Assembly: GCA_937859595.1 (NCBI GenBank)
Contig: CALMAH010000038.1
Location: 59,119-123,118 of the forward strand
Reading direction: 5' to 3'
DNA: 64,000 nucleotides
DNA from: an uncultured Acidobacteriota bacterium
Lineage (GTDB): Bacteria > Acidobacteriota > Blastocatellia > Pyrinomonadales > Pyrinomonadaceae
This document shows, one piece after another, positions 1 to 9,979 of the stretch (position 1 is its first letter; every line of letters starts with the position of its first letter). Under the pieces are notes generated by a model that did no database searches, had not been told where the DNA came from, and worked only from the letters and a program-made list of their open reading frames with translations. Position numbers and translations under genes: made by a program.

Positions 1-2
1 CA

Positions 3-509
3 TCAAAACGGAAAAACCCGCGCCCATGTGCGGAACCAGAAGGAGTCGAGGCGTTTCATCGTCTCGGTTGTGTAACCTGCATCTGGCGGAAGGGTATCAC
101 AATACGAAACAAAATCCCTATGAAATGCAAATATCAGATACTCCTTGCCGACATCGAACTCACTTAGCCTCGATGAACAAATGCAGAGTTCAGATCTTGG
201 CGCCACGAACACAACGACCTCATCTTTTGAACCCTTCCACCGTTTTGTAATCTTGAACTCAACGCTTGCTAATGCATCGAGCCGGTCATAAAGGCTAAAG
301 GTCTTGTCATGCGACAAGCGTGCGCGGGTAGCTTTGTCAATGTTTGCCGGGGAGACTTTCAGAACCGTTCCGACAAGAACTTGCTTTGCATGGCGGAACT
401 TGGTTCGTAGTGGCGGGTCATAAAAGCTGCAGGAGAAAACGGGAACCGCAAAAATACACGAAGCCACAAAAAGGGAGCTAAGCCGAACAATGCCCAACGA
501 AATCGTCAT
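3..509 (-). CDS. Secreted hypothetical protein, possibly a TIMP/NTR-like module. Its 3' end touches the window edge.
   Basis: 168-aa ORF with an N-terminal hydrophobic signal, followed by Cys (..VFS/CSF). Later CIC and GKEYLIFAF motifs resemble TIMP/netrin-module proteins. No stop codon is visible inside the window. Confidence 0.45.
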   Translation of the reverse strand: MTISLGIVRLSSLFVASCIFAVPVFSCSFYDPPLRTKFRHAKQVLVGTVLKVSPANIDKATRARLSHDKTFSLYDRLDALASVEFKITKRWKGSKDEVVVFVAPRSELCICSSRLSEFDVGKEYLIFAFHRDFVSYCDTLPPDAGYTTETMKRLDSFWFRTWARVFPF

Positions 510-518
510 ATCTTCTTC

Positions 519-1424
519 CTAAGGTTCTTGAAAGCCTGGCCGGGTTGCATTTTCTACGACAAAGTTTGCCTCTTGCAGTAGTGATCTAGCCGATTCAGAA
601 TCGACTCTGGCATTATGCATCACAAGTGCGACACGAAGGTCGCCGCCGGCTTCGTCGAGCAGACGTTTTGCTGCCGTTTGATCAAGATCGGTTTCCGCCA
701 TCAGGATACGCAGGCTGCGTTCGCGGAGTTTTTCGTTTGAGGGCTTTACGTTTGTCATTCGGTTGCCTTTGACGTAACCGAGCCGGATCATTGCGACGGT
801 GGAGATCATGTTGAGAACCATTTTTGTTGCGGTGCCGGATTTCATTCGCGTCGAGCCGGTGATGGCTTCTGGCCCGACGATCGGGACGATGGCGAGCTCC
901 GCAGCGTTTTCCAAAGCTGAATCGGGCGAACAGACGATACAGGCGGTGAAGCAGCCGACTGACCGGGCGTATTCGACAGCCCCGATGGTATATGGCGTAC
1001 GGCCGGATGCGGCAATGCCTATAACAGCATCATTTTGGACAAGGCCACGTTTCTTCAGGTCTTCGGCTCCGGCCACGCGGTCGTCCTCACTCGCTTCGCT
1101 GGCCTTATATAAAGCGTCGTATCCCCCGGCGATCACACCCTGGACCAGATCGTAGGAGACGCCATAGGTCGGCGGTATCTCGGATGCATCCAAAACGCCG
1201 AGCCGCCCGCTCGTGCCAGTGCCGACATAGAAAAGCCGTCCGCCATTTTTCAGGCGTTCGACGATCTCATCGGTAGCCTCGGCAATTTGCGGCAGGACCT
1301 TTTCAACCGCCTCTGCGACGAGCTTGTCTTCATCATTTATCAACCGAAGAGCATCGAGCGTCGAGACCTCGTCTATGTTCGCCGTCTTTGGATTCTCGTG
1401 TTCGGTAACGGGAAGTATTAACAT
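519..1424 (-). CDS. murQ: N-acetylmuramic acid 6-phosphate etherase (SIS domain)
   Basis: 301 aa. Contains GTGTSGRLGVLDASEIPPTYG and the STRMKSGTA motifs typical of MurQ. ATG start at 1424, overlapping the upstream kinase stop by 7 nt. Confidence 0.9.
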   Translation of the reverse strand: MLILPVTEHENPKTANIDEVSTLDALRLINDEDKLVAEAVEKVLPQIAEATDEIVERLKNGGRLFYVGTGTSGRLGVLDASEIPPTYGVSYDLVQGVIAGGYDALYKASEASEDDRVAGAEDLKKRGLVQNDAVIGIAASGRTPYTIGAVEYARSVGCFTACIVCSPDSALENAAELAIVPIVGPEAITGSTRMKSGTATKMVLNMISTVAMIRLGYVKGNRMTNVKPSNEKLRERSLRILMAETDLDQTAAKRLLDEAGGDLRVALVMHNARVDSESARSLLQEANFVVENATRPGFQEP

Positions 1425-2410
1425 CGTCGCCAGCCTCCATCATTAGAACCGTTTCCGTTTCTCAAAGCCATCAGTGCGGCGGCGTGGGCGGGCGGCATCA
1501 GCGGTTCGGTCAGGACAGCTTTTGGGGCGACCGTATGGATAACCTCGATCATCGGCCCTTTTAGAACATCGCCTGCCTTAAACAAGCTTCCGACGCATCC
1601 GACGGGCACTTTATAACGTTTCAGCCCGAGCTTTTCGATGACAGCGCATGCTGCAAGCCCGAGTTCAAAACCCGCTTCCTTAATGATGTTGACCGCAACG
1701 GCGTCGTTGGCCAGAGCAGATTCGACGACGAGTCTGGCAAATCCGGCAATGCGGCTGTTGTCCACCTGGGGCGAGTATATCGCAACTATGAGGTTTTCAG
1801 GACCGGAGGCGCGAAAATATTCGGCGGCTCGACGGCTGAGAACGGTCGAGATGCCCCGTCCATCGGAAGCTTTTGCCACGGCCTGCAGGGCCAGTCGCGC
1901 GATACCGACACCGCCGCCTTCGTCGCCCGCCAGCGGCCCCCAGCCGCCGGCTATCGCTGTTTTTCCTTTTGCGTTGCGTCCAAGACAGATCGAGCCTGTT
2001 CCGGCAATGACCACGAGGCCCGGCTTACCCTCCGTGGCGGCATATAGCGCGATCTCGGCGTCTGTTACGACCTCGATGTGGCCGACGCGGAGCCTTTCCA
2101 GAAAGCTGTCGCGGATACGTTGGCGAAGATCCGCTCGGCGAACACCGGCGAGCCCGAGCGTGGCCGCCAAAATGTCGCCGCGCGAGAGACCGCCGCGGTC
2201 ACATGCCTCGCTGATAGCCTTGATGATGTTTGAGACCGCCGTTTCGACGCCGACCCGAAGCGGATTTGACGGACCTGAAAAGCCTTCGGAGCGGACCGCA
2301 CCCGTTGCGTCCATCAGGGCGATATGCGTCTTCGTACCGCCGCCGTCCACACCGAGGTAGAGTTGGTGTAATGCAGAGCCCGCGTTACGCCTTTTTTTCT
2401 GTCGAGCCAT
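1418..2410 (-). CDS. BadF/BadG/BcrA/BcrD-type sugar kinase (GlcNAc/MurNAc kinase, MurK-like)
   Basis: LGVDGGGTKT phosphate-1 motif and IAGTGS. Translationally coupled to murQ. The ORF opens with TTG at 2440; I prefer the ATG at 2410 (MARQKK..), but the start is uncertain. Confidence 0.75.
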   Translation of the reverse strand: MARQKKRRNAGSALHQLYLGVDGGGTKTHIALMDATGAVRSEGFSGPSNPLRVGVETAVSNIIKAISEACDRGGLSRGDILAATLGLAGVRRADLRQRIRDSFLERLRVGHIEVVTDAEIALYAATEGKPGLVVIAGTGSICLGRNAKGKTAIAGGWGPLAGDEGGGVGIARLALQAVAKASDGRGISTVLSRRAAEYFRASGPENLIVAIYSPQVDNSRIAGFARLVVESALANDAVAVNIIKEAGFELGLAACAVIEKLGLKRYKVPVGCVGSLFKAGDVLKGPMIEVIHTVAPKAVLTEPLMPPAHAAALMALRNGNGSNDGGWRRC

Positions 2411-2480
2411 AACGGGAAACGAAAAGAAACCGCACAACAAATGTGCTTCAAACTTGACATATAAACAAACTTAGAAGACT

Positions 2481-2495
2481 TTATGTTATCAATAA
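2481..2495. promoter_or_regulatory. Candidate LysR-type T-N11-A box (TTATgttatcaATAA)
   Basis: Dyad TTAT-N7-ATAA in the divergent intergenic region between the kinase/murQ operon and the LysR gene. Confidence 0.3.
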
Positions 2496-2557
2496 GATTA
2501 TTTGATGAGGTCTCAGGGTACCCATTGCGGTGCCGTCATATCGCGGAGACGAACAAA

Positions 2558-3475
2558 ATGGAGATCAGACAACTAAAAGCTTTTCTCGCTATAGCAGAGG
2601 CGAAGACCTTTACGGCAGGTGCCCGCCGCGTAAACGTGACACAGGCAGCGATCTCGATGCAGATCCGCCAGCTTGAAGAAGAGGTAGGGCTGCCGCTCTT
2701 TACGAGGACGCCGCGGCGGGTGATCCTGACCGAGGCAGGCGAACACCTGCTCGAAAGGGCACGGCGAATACTTCGGGAGCATGACGCGGCGGTTGCCGAG
2801 ATAGCCGAGGTCGCCGGTGCGGAATTTGGGCGGCTGCGTATCGGTTCGGCGTCGGGCACGTTCGCGATGAACCAACTGCCGGAGATAATGCACCGTCTAA
2901 AGGAAAAGTTTCCGAAGAGCGAACTGACGGTGGCCTCGGGGACAAGCGAGAAGCTGGTGGATAAGCTCATGCACGGCGAACTGGACACCGCGTTCGTCTC
3001 GCTCCCGGTCGAGAACCTGAATATCAGCACCGAGTCGCTCTTTTCGGACGAGATAGTCGCCATTGCACATCCGAAGCATCCGCTTTCGAAGGAGCGGTAT
3101 ATCAGTGCGGCGGCACTTGCCGGCGAACATTTGATACTGGGCGAGCGCGGCGGCAACACGCGGCGGATGATAGATGAATTTTTTGCTGCGGCGAATGTCA
3201 GGCCAAACATTACAATGGAACTCTCGCGACAGGAAGCCATAAACAAGATGGTTGCCAATGGCCTTGGAGTCGGCATGGCCGGGGCTAAATCGGTAGCAAA
3301 GGACATCCGGGCAGGAAAGCTGATCTCGTGGTTTATCGAGGGGGCCGAGATAAAGTGGGAACTTGGACTTGCGCGATTGCGGGGCGGGCATTTCTCACCG
3401 ATCGGTAAAGAATTTGTCCGTCTCTGCAAAGAAAGCTTTGCCGAACGTGAGAAAGAGCTTAAAGCGAAGCGGTGA
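2558..3475 (+). CDS. LysR-family transcriptional regulator
   Basis: MEIRQLKAFLAIAEAKTFTAGARRVNVTQAAISMQIRQLEEEVG is a classic LysR wHTH. ATG at 2558 is preferred over the longer ORF-track start. Confidence 0.85.
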   Translation: MEIRQLKAFLAIAEAKTFTAGARRVNVTQAAISMQIRQLEEEVGLPLFTRTPRRVILTEAGEHLLERARRILREHDAAVAEIAEVAGAEFGRLRIGSASGTFAMNQLPEIMHRLKEKFPKSELTVASGTSEKLVDKLMHGELDTAFVSLPVENLNISTESLFSDEIVAIAHPKHPLSKERYISAAALAGEHLILGERGGNTRRMIDEFFAAANVRPNITMELSRQEAINKMVANGLGVGMAGAKSVAKDIRAGKLISWFIEGAEIKWELGLARLRGGHFSPIGKEFVRLCKESFAEREKELKAKR

Positions 3476-3541
3476 TCTGACCACAAATTGACGCAGATAA
3501 ACACAGATAAAGAGGTCTGGGATATTTGGGATATCGTTGTT

Positions 3542-6154
3542 ATGAAGTTTGGTTCGTGTAAAGCGACGTTGTCGGATTTGAGATATCTATTTCTTATCTG
3601 CGTCTGTCTGTGCTCATCTGCGGTTTGTATTTCTGCGCAGGGGTTGCCGATCGCAAAGCCCGAAGCGGTCGGGATGAACTCGGCGAAGCTGGATCAGATA
3701 GAGCAGATCGTTTTGGCGGACATTGCAGAGAAAAAGCTGCCGGGGGCAGTGGTGATAGTGGGGCGGAAAGGGCAGATCGTTTATCGGAAGGCATTTGGGA
3801 ATCGGTCGCTGGTGCCGACGGTCGAGCCGATGACGGTGGATACGATATTTGACGTTGCGTCGTTGACGAAGCCCGTTGCCACTGCTACCTCGATAATGAT
3901 CCTGGTCGAACAAGGAAAGTTGCGGCTTTCTGATACGGTCGGCAGGTTCATTCCCGAGATCGAAGACGAGTCGGTTAAACGCGTTACCATTCAGCAGCTG
4001 TTGACGCATACCTCGGGGCTGCGGCCGAGCTTTGACCTTAGCGAAAAATGGGAAGGCCGGGAAGGGATGCTCGCGGCTTTGAAGAAAGAGAAGCTGCGGA
4101 ATCCGGCGGGGACGAGGTTTGTTTATTCGGATGTTGGGTTTATTGTGCTGGGGGCCATTATTGAACAATTCTCGCTTGGTTGGGGCGGACACGGTCCGAA
4201 AGAAAATTCCCACGGCTTCGCAAGTAGAAACCTGTTTGATCCTCTTCGGGCTAGAAATACTTTTTTTGTCATGCTTCCCGATGGAAATTTAAGCATTGAA
4301 GCCTTTGTAGAGACTGAAAAAAGGATACCCAGAATCGCTCCGACCGAAAATGTGAAAGGGCAACAAAGCTACCTTGGCGGCAACTATCAGGGGTCGAGTG
4401 GCGATGAGGTTCTACGAGGCCAGGTGCACGACCCGACGGCTTTTCGCATGGGCGGTGTCGCTGGACACGCGGGGCTTTTTTCGACGGCGGATGATCTGGC
4501 GCGGTATTGCCAGATGGTTTTAAACGGCGGGGTGGCACCGAAAGCGGAACGCGGAACGCGGAATGCGGAATCAAGAATACTCTCAGCGCAGACGGTGGCG
4601 AGGATGACGCAGCCGTATGTTGTTGCGGAAGATGGAGCGACGCGTGGTTTGGGCTGGGATATGAACACCACGTTCTCGTCGAATCGCGGTGAGCTTTTCC
4701 CGCTGGGGTCGTTTGGGCATACCGGTTTTACGGGAACAAGCATCTGGATCGACCCGACGTCCGAGACATTTGTTGTTTTTATGTCGAACCGCGTGCATCC
4801 GGATGGGAAGGGCGATGTGGTGCCGCTGCGCGCTCGCGTGACAACGATAGCTGCCTCGGCGATCGAGGATATGCCGGTGGAGCGGTGGAGGGAAGCCGAG
4901 GCGAAGTATAACGCGGCTGTTGCGGCGCAGATCCCAGGATTCGTTGAACGCAAAAAGCTATCGGAAGCGTCCTCGAACCTTGAAATTCTTATTGCTCCGC
5001 AGCGGCCTCCCCAGGTGCGCTTCGGAACCAGGAACGGAATAGACGTCCTGGAATCCCGGAAATTTGCAGACCTCGAAGGCAAAAAGATCGGCTTAGTCAC
5101 AAATCACACAGGCCGAAACCTGGCGGGGAAGTCGACCATCGACATTTTGCACGAAGCGAAGAATGTTGAGCTTGTTTCGATCTTTGCGCCGGAGCACGGC
5201 ATTCGCGGCGAGCTTGATACCGAGAAGATCGACGATACAAAGGACGAGAAGACCGGACTGCACGTCTATTCACTTTATAAGGACGGGATGCGTCGGCCAA
5301 AGCCGGAGCAGCTTGCGGGTCTGGACGCGATCGTTTATGACATTCAGGACATCGGCGCCCGTTTTTATACCTACACCGCGACGCTCAAGAATGTGATGGA
5401 AGAGGCGGCGAAGGCGAAGATCCCGGTTTACGTTCTCGACCGGCCGAACCCGATCAACGGCGTCGATATAGAAGGGCCGCTTGCCGAGGAAGACAAGCTT
5501 TCGTTTATCGCGGCCCATACCATTCCGGTTAGATACGGGCTGTCGATCGGCGAGCTTGGAATAATGATGAACGCCGAGCGGAAGATCGGGGCCGACCTTC
5601 GCGTGATAAAGATGGAAGGCTGGCGGCGACAGATGTGGTTCGACGAAACGGGGCAGACGTGGGTGAACCCCTCGCCGAATATGCGTTCGCTAACGCAGGC
5701 AACGCTCTATCCCGGCATTGGTTTACTTGAGACGACCAATCTTAGTGTTGGCCGTGGGACGGACACGCCCTTTGAGGTGATCGGCGCTCCGTGGCTTGAC
5801 GGGCAGAAGCTGGCCAAACATCTGAACGAACGCGGCTTGGCCGGCGTTCGATTTATCCCCATCAATTTCAAACCTAATGCGTCCGTTTTCAAGGACGAAC
5901 AACTCGGCGGTGTGAATATCCTTATTACGGACCGCTCCTCATTCAATTCTGTGCGTACCGGCTTTGAAATAGCGGCCGCGCTCAGGAAACTCTACCCCGA
6001 AAGCTGGCAGGTTGACCGCTATCTGCGGCTGTTGGTAAACAGCGAGATCCTCGAACTTCTCAAACGCGGCGAAACCGTTCAGGCGATCGAAGCGGCCGGT
6101 CAAAACGGCGTCGAAGACTTTCGGCTTCGTCGGGCACCATATTTGCTTTATTGA
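3542..6154 (+). CDS. Fusion protein: beta-lactamase-fold serine hydrolase (AmiE/YbbE-like) plus DUF1343 (NamZ-type exo-beta-N-acetylmuramidase)
   Basis: The signal peptide starts at MKFGSCK. The N-terminal half has SxxK (ASLTKP), YSD and HTG motifs. The C-terminal half has IGLVTNHTG, FAPEHG, DIQDIGARFYTY and VLDRPNP, the DUF1343 hallmarks. Confidence 0.8.
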   Translation: MKFGSCKATLSDLRYLFLICVCLCSSAVCISAQGLPIAKPEAVGMNSAKLDQIEQIVLADIAEKKLPGAVVIVGRKGQIVYRKAFGNRSLVPTVEPMTVDTIFDVASLTKPVATATSIMILVEQGKLRLSDTVGRFIPEIEDESVKRVTIQQLLTHTSGLRPSFDLSEKWEGREGMLAALKKEKLRNPAGTRFVYSDVGFIVLGAIIEQFSLGWGGHGPKENSHGFASRNLFDPLRARNTFFVMLPDGNLSIEAFVETEKRIPRIAPTENVKGQQSYLGGNYQGSSGDEVLRGQVHDPTAFRMGGVAGHAGLFSTADDLARYCQMVLNGGVAPKAERGTRNAESRILSAQTVARMTQPYVVAEDGATRGLGWDMNTTFSSNRGELFPLGSFGHTGFTGTSIWIDPTSETFVVFMSNRVHPDGKGDVVPLRARVTTIAASAIEDMPVERWREAEAKYNAAVAAQIPGFVERKKLSEASSNLEILIAPQRPPQVRFGTRNGIDVLESRKFADLEGKKIGLVTNHTGRNLAGKSTIDILHEAKNVELVSIFAPEHGIRGELDTEKIDDTKDEKTGLHVYSLYKDGMRRPKPEQLAGLDAIVYDIQDIGARFYTYTATLKNVMEEAAKAKIPVYVLDRPNPINGVDIEGPLAEEDKLSFIAAHTIPVRYGLSIGELGIMMNAERKIGADLRVIKMEGWRRQMWFDETGQTWVNPSPNMRSLTQATLYPGIGLLETTNLSVGRGTDTPFEVIGAPWLDGQKLAKHLNERGLAGVRFIPINFKPNASVFKDEQLGGVNILITDRSSFNSVRTGFEIAAALRKLYPESWQVDRYLRLLVNSEILELLKRGETVQAIEAAGQNGVEDFRLRRAPYLLY

Positions 6155-6349
6155 GGCTGTTTTCGCTCCTTTTCAAGTGGCAAAGTTCACACAGAGTTAA
6201 CGAGTCCTGTATTTGCGGGCTTTGACGCAAGTTCATGGATATCGACTGTTATGAGCGATAACGAAATTTTGGATAAACTTCCAAAAACGTAAAGATTTCT
6301 TATGGCTCGGGTTTATCGATCTAAAATATTTAAGGCAGGAAGGAAGGTT

Positions 6350-9300
6350 ATGGAAAGGAAAAAAATTACCCTTGCGGCGGTCGCTTTCTTTTCTCTGTTC
6401 GTCTTCGGCGGAAGTGTCGCGGGACAGGAGATAACCGGTACGATCGTCGGTACCGTTAGGGATTCGTCGGGTGCTATGGTAGCGGGTGCGACCGTTACGA
6501 TCGCGGACTCGACGAAGAACAATATCGTAATACGAACCGTAGTTACGAACAGCGCAGGCGAGTTCTCCGTCCCCAACATAGCGGTGAGTACCTACACGGT
6601 CACCATTGAGGCTCCAAATTTCAAGCGATCCGTCAAAACGGACGTCAAGGTCGATATAGGACAAAGGCGTTCGGTGGACATCATACTTGAGGCGGGGAAC
6701 ATCGACGAGGTAGTGACCGTTGAGGCAGACCCGGTAGCGGTCGATCTGACCTCATCGACCAGCGGCACCGTTATCGGCGGTGATCAGGTGCGTGAGCTTT
6801 CGATAAACAATCGAAACTTTGTTCAGCTTGTTACGCTGGCCCCGGGCGTTACCAATGATCTGGCGGACCAGGTCTATGTTGGTACAACAAATCCGGCCGG
6901 CCAGGCAAACATCGTGTCGATCGCGGTGAACGGTGCACGCTCCAGCCAGAATACATTTACGGTCGACGGCGCGGACGTGACCGACCGAGGTTCAAATCTA
7001 ACGATCCAGGCCTATCCTAGTGTGGACTCGATAGGAGAGTTTCGCGTGCTTCGTTCGCTTTATCCTGCCGAATCGGGCCGGAGCGGCGGCGGGCAGATCA
7101 ATGTCGTCACTCGGAGCGGTGCCGCCCAGTTTCGCGGCAGCGTCTTCGAATTTATCCGAAACGAGGCATTTAATGCGAATGACGTTGCTGTCAATAGCCT
7201 TGTGAACCCTCCGCTAGGACGTGATTCGAATGGCAAGGCTCGTAGAAGCCCTTTCCGCTACAACAATTACGGCTGGACGATCGGCGGGCCGGTCTATTTT
7301 GTTAATGTCGTGGACAACGACGGTTTTTTCAAGCGTTATGACCGGACGTTTTTCTTTTTCTCGCAGGAATGGCGTACCGACAAACGGTTCCCGACGCTGC
7401 AATCGACCGTGCCGAACCAGGATCAAAGAAACGCGTTCTTTACCGTACCGATCTGTTTGCAGGCGACCGGAGCGACCTGTACGACCGTCCAGCCTGCGAA
7501 CAGCACGCTACAGAACATCAATCCGGTAGCTCTTCAATACCTCAACTTTGTTTACAGGCAACTGCCGCTTCCGAATTCGGGTACGAATACACTCTTCTTT
7601 CCGACGGAGGGCATCTCCAAGTTTAGACAAGAGATATTCAAGATAGATCATTCGTTCAACGATAAGGTCTCGATCTCCTACCGGTTTCAGAATGATTCTA
7701 TTCCGACGACCGATGCCAACTCGCTATTCTCGTCAGGCTCCGGACTGCCGGGAGTTTCGACCACATCGACCGATTCACCGGGCCGAACCCACACGGCACA
7801 GCTAACATGGGCGGCTTCGCCCAACCTCATTTTTGAGGGACGCTACACATTCGGCTACGGGGCAATTCTAAGCAAGAACATCGGGCTTCTTGCCTTGGAC
7901 CGTTCACCGATAGCCCCGCCGATGGCCTATCCGGTCACACGCGACCGCGTCCCGACCATTAGCGGAAACGGCTTCAGCGCCCTTCAGAGCTTTGGCCCAT
8001 ATGACAACTTTTCGTGGAAGGGAAATCTTGGCGGCAGTATGACTTACATCGTCGGAAGCCACACGATGAAGTTCGGCGCCATCTATTCAAAGTATCGTAA
8101 GAACGAGAACGCCCTTGGCGGGAACAACGAAGGGCTCTTTTCCGGGTTCAACACCCCGGGTGGGACCACAAACGTGATCGCTCCTGGCGGCAATACCACA
8201 CAGCAGCTCTGGGCAAATTTCCTGATGGGAACCAACGTTACCTTTACTCAGGCCAGCTTTGACTACACGGCCGATCTGAGACAAAAGACCTTTGAGTGGT
8301 TCGCCCAGGACGAGTGGAGAACTCGAAGAAATCTGACGCTCTACTTCGGCGTCAGGTATTCATTTTTCGGCTCACCCTGGGACAAGAACGGCAGGCTGAG
8401 CAACTTTGTGCCCGAGCTTTATAACCCGGCAAACGCCCCGCTTGTCACCGGCGCCGGTAACCGGGTTCCGGGGACAGGTAATTTTTGTGAAGGGATAATC
8501 GTTAATTCTCAAAACGTGGTTCCGTTCCCGAATTGCAATCCGCAGCTTTCACCGTGGGGCAAATTTGTTGTCAAGGTGCCGAAGAACGACTTTGCACCAA
8601 GGGTCGGTTTGGCATGGGATCCCTTCAAGGACGGCAGGACGTCGGTGAGGACCGGATACGGCATCTATCACGAACAGATACTGAACGGTATCTTTCTCCA
8701 GAACATTGCCACAAATCCTCCTTATCAGCAAAACTGTCAGGTAATCGGCACGAGCCTGGACAATCCGGTCCCGACGGGATGTGCGGTGATCGCCGCAAAC
8801 ACCACGGCAAGTGTCCGCGCGGTGCAGGCGAACTGGAAGACGCCGTATATGCAGCATTGGTCGTTCGATGTTCAGCGGCAATTGATGCGGCGCACTCTGT
8901 TTTCGGTCGGGTATTACGGTTCAAAGGGAACAAATCTGATCGGCGGATTTGGCCTGAACTCTATCAGGCCCGGTGTTGCTCTTAATTCACAGTGTGCCGT
9001 AGGCGCTTCTACCACGCCGACAGTTGCATGCCAACAGCCGAATCAGGCGTTCTTTACAACCGCCCAATCTGTGATATTGGATCAGATACGCCCTTACCGT
9101 GGATATCGTTCGATAGCGACGATACAGCCGAAGTTTAACTCCAGCTACCACAGCATGCAGGTCTCAGGACAGCACCGGTTCAACGACGGTTCGCAGCTAA
9201 ATCTCGCCTATACATGGTCAAAGAACCTGACTGACAATCGAACTGATCGTTCGAATGCTCCTCAGGATTCGTTTGACATTGGAAGTGAGAAAGGCAGGGC

Positions 9301-9904
9301 CGCTCTCGACCGTCGGCATGTACTCACAATTAACTATGTTTATGAACTCCCGTTTTTCCGCACTCAGCAGGGCTTTGCCGGCAAGGTCCTTGGCGGATGG
9401 CAGGCTTCAGGCATAGTGACCTATCAGACCGGACTGGGCTTTACGCCGACCGTCTCTGGATTCGACCCGGCCGGTATCGGTCTTATCCCGACCGCATTGA
9501 CCGTGGCGCGGCCGAATGTGACCTGTAATCCTAATAACGGGCCGCGAACACCGCAACAGTGGTTCAATACGTCCTGTTTTCAGGTGACGCCGATCAACAA
9601 CAACAACCCGATCGCAAACGTAGTGGGAAATGGCGGCGTGAACATAATCGAAGGCCCCTCGACAAAGCGTGTTGACTTTACACTTTCAAAGAACATCCGC
9701 TTTGGCGAGCGTTACAGGCTGCAACTGCGTGGCGAGGCGTTCAATATCTTTAACTTTACGAACGCAAGGGGGCTTAGCACGGTTGTATGGAGCGAAACCA
9801 CCCAGCCGGTCTCTCAGGGAGGCAACGGAAGCTCGACATTTGGGCAGGTTATTTCCTACCGTGACCCGCGTGTCATCCAGCTCGGAGCAAAGTTCTCCTT
9901 TTAG
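6350..9904 (+). CDS. TonB-dependent outer-membrane receptor with N-terminal carboxypeptidase-regulatory-like domain
   Basis: AGGAAGG RBS then ATG at 6350, followed by a signal peptide. ITGTIVGTVRDSSGAMVAGATVTI is the CarboxypepD_reg fold. About 1180 aa, ending with C-terminal aromatic ..KFSF. Confidence 0.85.
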   Translation: MERKKITLAAVAFFSLFVFGGSVAGQEITGTIVGTVRDSSGAMVAGATVTIADSTKNNIVIRTVVTNSAGEFSVPNIAVSTYTVTIEAPNFKRSVKTDVKVDIGQRRSVDIILEAGNIDEVVTVEADPVAVDLTSSTSGTVIGGDQVRELSINNRNFVQLVTLAPGVTNDLADQVYVGTTNPAGQANIVSIAVNGARSSQNTFTVDGADVTDRGSNLTIQAYPSVDSIGEFRVLRSLYPAESGRSGGGQINVVTRSGAAQFRGSVFEFIRNEAFNANDVAVNSLVNPPLGRDSNGKARRSPFRYNNYGWTIGGPVYFVNVVDNDGFFKRYDRTFFFFSQEWRTDKRFPTLQSTVPNQDQRNAFFTVPICLQATGATCTTVQPANSTLQNINPVALQYLNFVYRQLPLPNSGTNTLFFPTEGISKFRQEIFKIDHSFNDKVSISYRFQNDSIPTTDANSLFSSGSGLPGVSTTSTDSPGRTHTAQLTWAASPNLIFEGRYTFGYGAILSKNIGLLALDRSPIAPPMAYPVTRDRVPTISGNGFSALQSFGPYDNFSWKGNLGGSMTYIVGSHTMKFGAIYSKYRKNENALGGNNEGLFSGFNTPGGTTNVIAPGGNTTQQLWANFLMGTNVTFTQASFDYTADLRQKTFEWFAQDEWRTRRNLTLYFGVRYSFFGSPWDKNGRLSNFVPELYNPANAPLVTGAGNRVPGTGNFCEGIIVNSQNVVPFPNCNPQLSPWGKFVVKVPKNDFAPRVGLAWDPFKDGRTSVRTGYGIYHEQILNGIFLQNIATNPPYQQNCQVIGTSLDNPVPTGCAVIAANTTASVRAVQANWKTPYMQHWSFDVQRQLMRRTLFSVGYYGSKGTNLIGGFGLNSIRPGVALNSQCAVGASTTPTVACQQPNQAFFTTAQSVILDQIRPYRGYRSIATIQPKFNSSYHSMQVSGQHRFNDGSQLNLAYTWSKNLTDNRTDRSNAPQDSFDIGSEKGRAALDRRHVLTINYVYELPFFRTQQGFAGKVLGGWQASGIVTYQTGLGFTPTVSGFDPAGIGLIPTALTVARPNVTCNPNNGPRTPQQWFNTSCFQVTPINNNNPIANVVGNGGVNIIEGPSTKRVDFTLSKNIRFGERYRLQLRGEAFNIFNFTNARGLSTVVWSETTQPVSQGGNGSSTFGQVISYRDPRVIQLGAKFSF

Positions 9905-9924
9905 TTGGCCGATCAGCTACCCAT

Positions 9925-9961
9925 GCCCGCGTAATGCCAGATGGCTTCGCGGGCTTTTTTT
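9925..9961 (+). terminator. Rho-independent terminator after the TonB receptor gene
   Basis: GCCCGCG ... CGCGGGC stem followed by a T7 run. Confidence 0.6.
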
Positions 9962-9979
9962 ATTTAGTATCATTTGCGT

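Noticed and set aside
2536-3504. 322-aa ORF antisense to the LysR gene. Similar long shadow ORFs occur at 1638-2360, 14412-15119, 16620-17192, 26094-26678, 28154-28741, 40821-41330, 41765-42250, 42850-43425, 45185-45799, 47012-47539, 47962-48438, 55814-56539, 57966-58520, 59137-59571 and 60068-60556.
   Set aside because: Each lies fully inside, and opposite to, a CDS with clear family motifs. The translations are Arg/Ser/Pro-rich with no recognisable domains, which is typical of antisense frames.
3488-3541. Short direct repeats CAGATAAA x2 and TGGGATAT x2 lie upstream of the hydrolase-NamZ gene. TGGGATAT also occurs at 21755-21762 upstream of res, which could suggest a shared regulatory motif.
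   Set aside because: An 8-mer shared by two sites is weak evidence. TGnGATAT most simply resembles an extended -10 element. I keep it only as a low-confidence promoter note.
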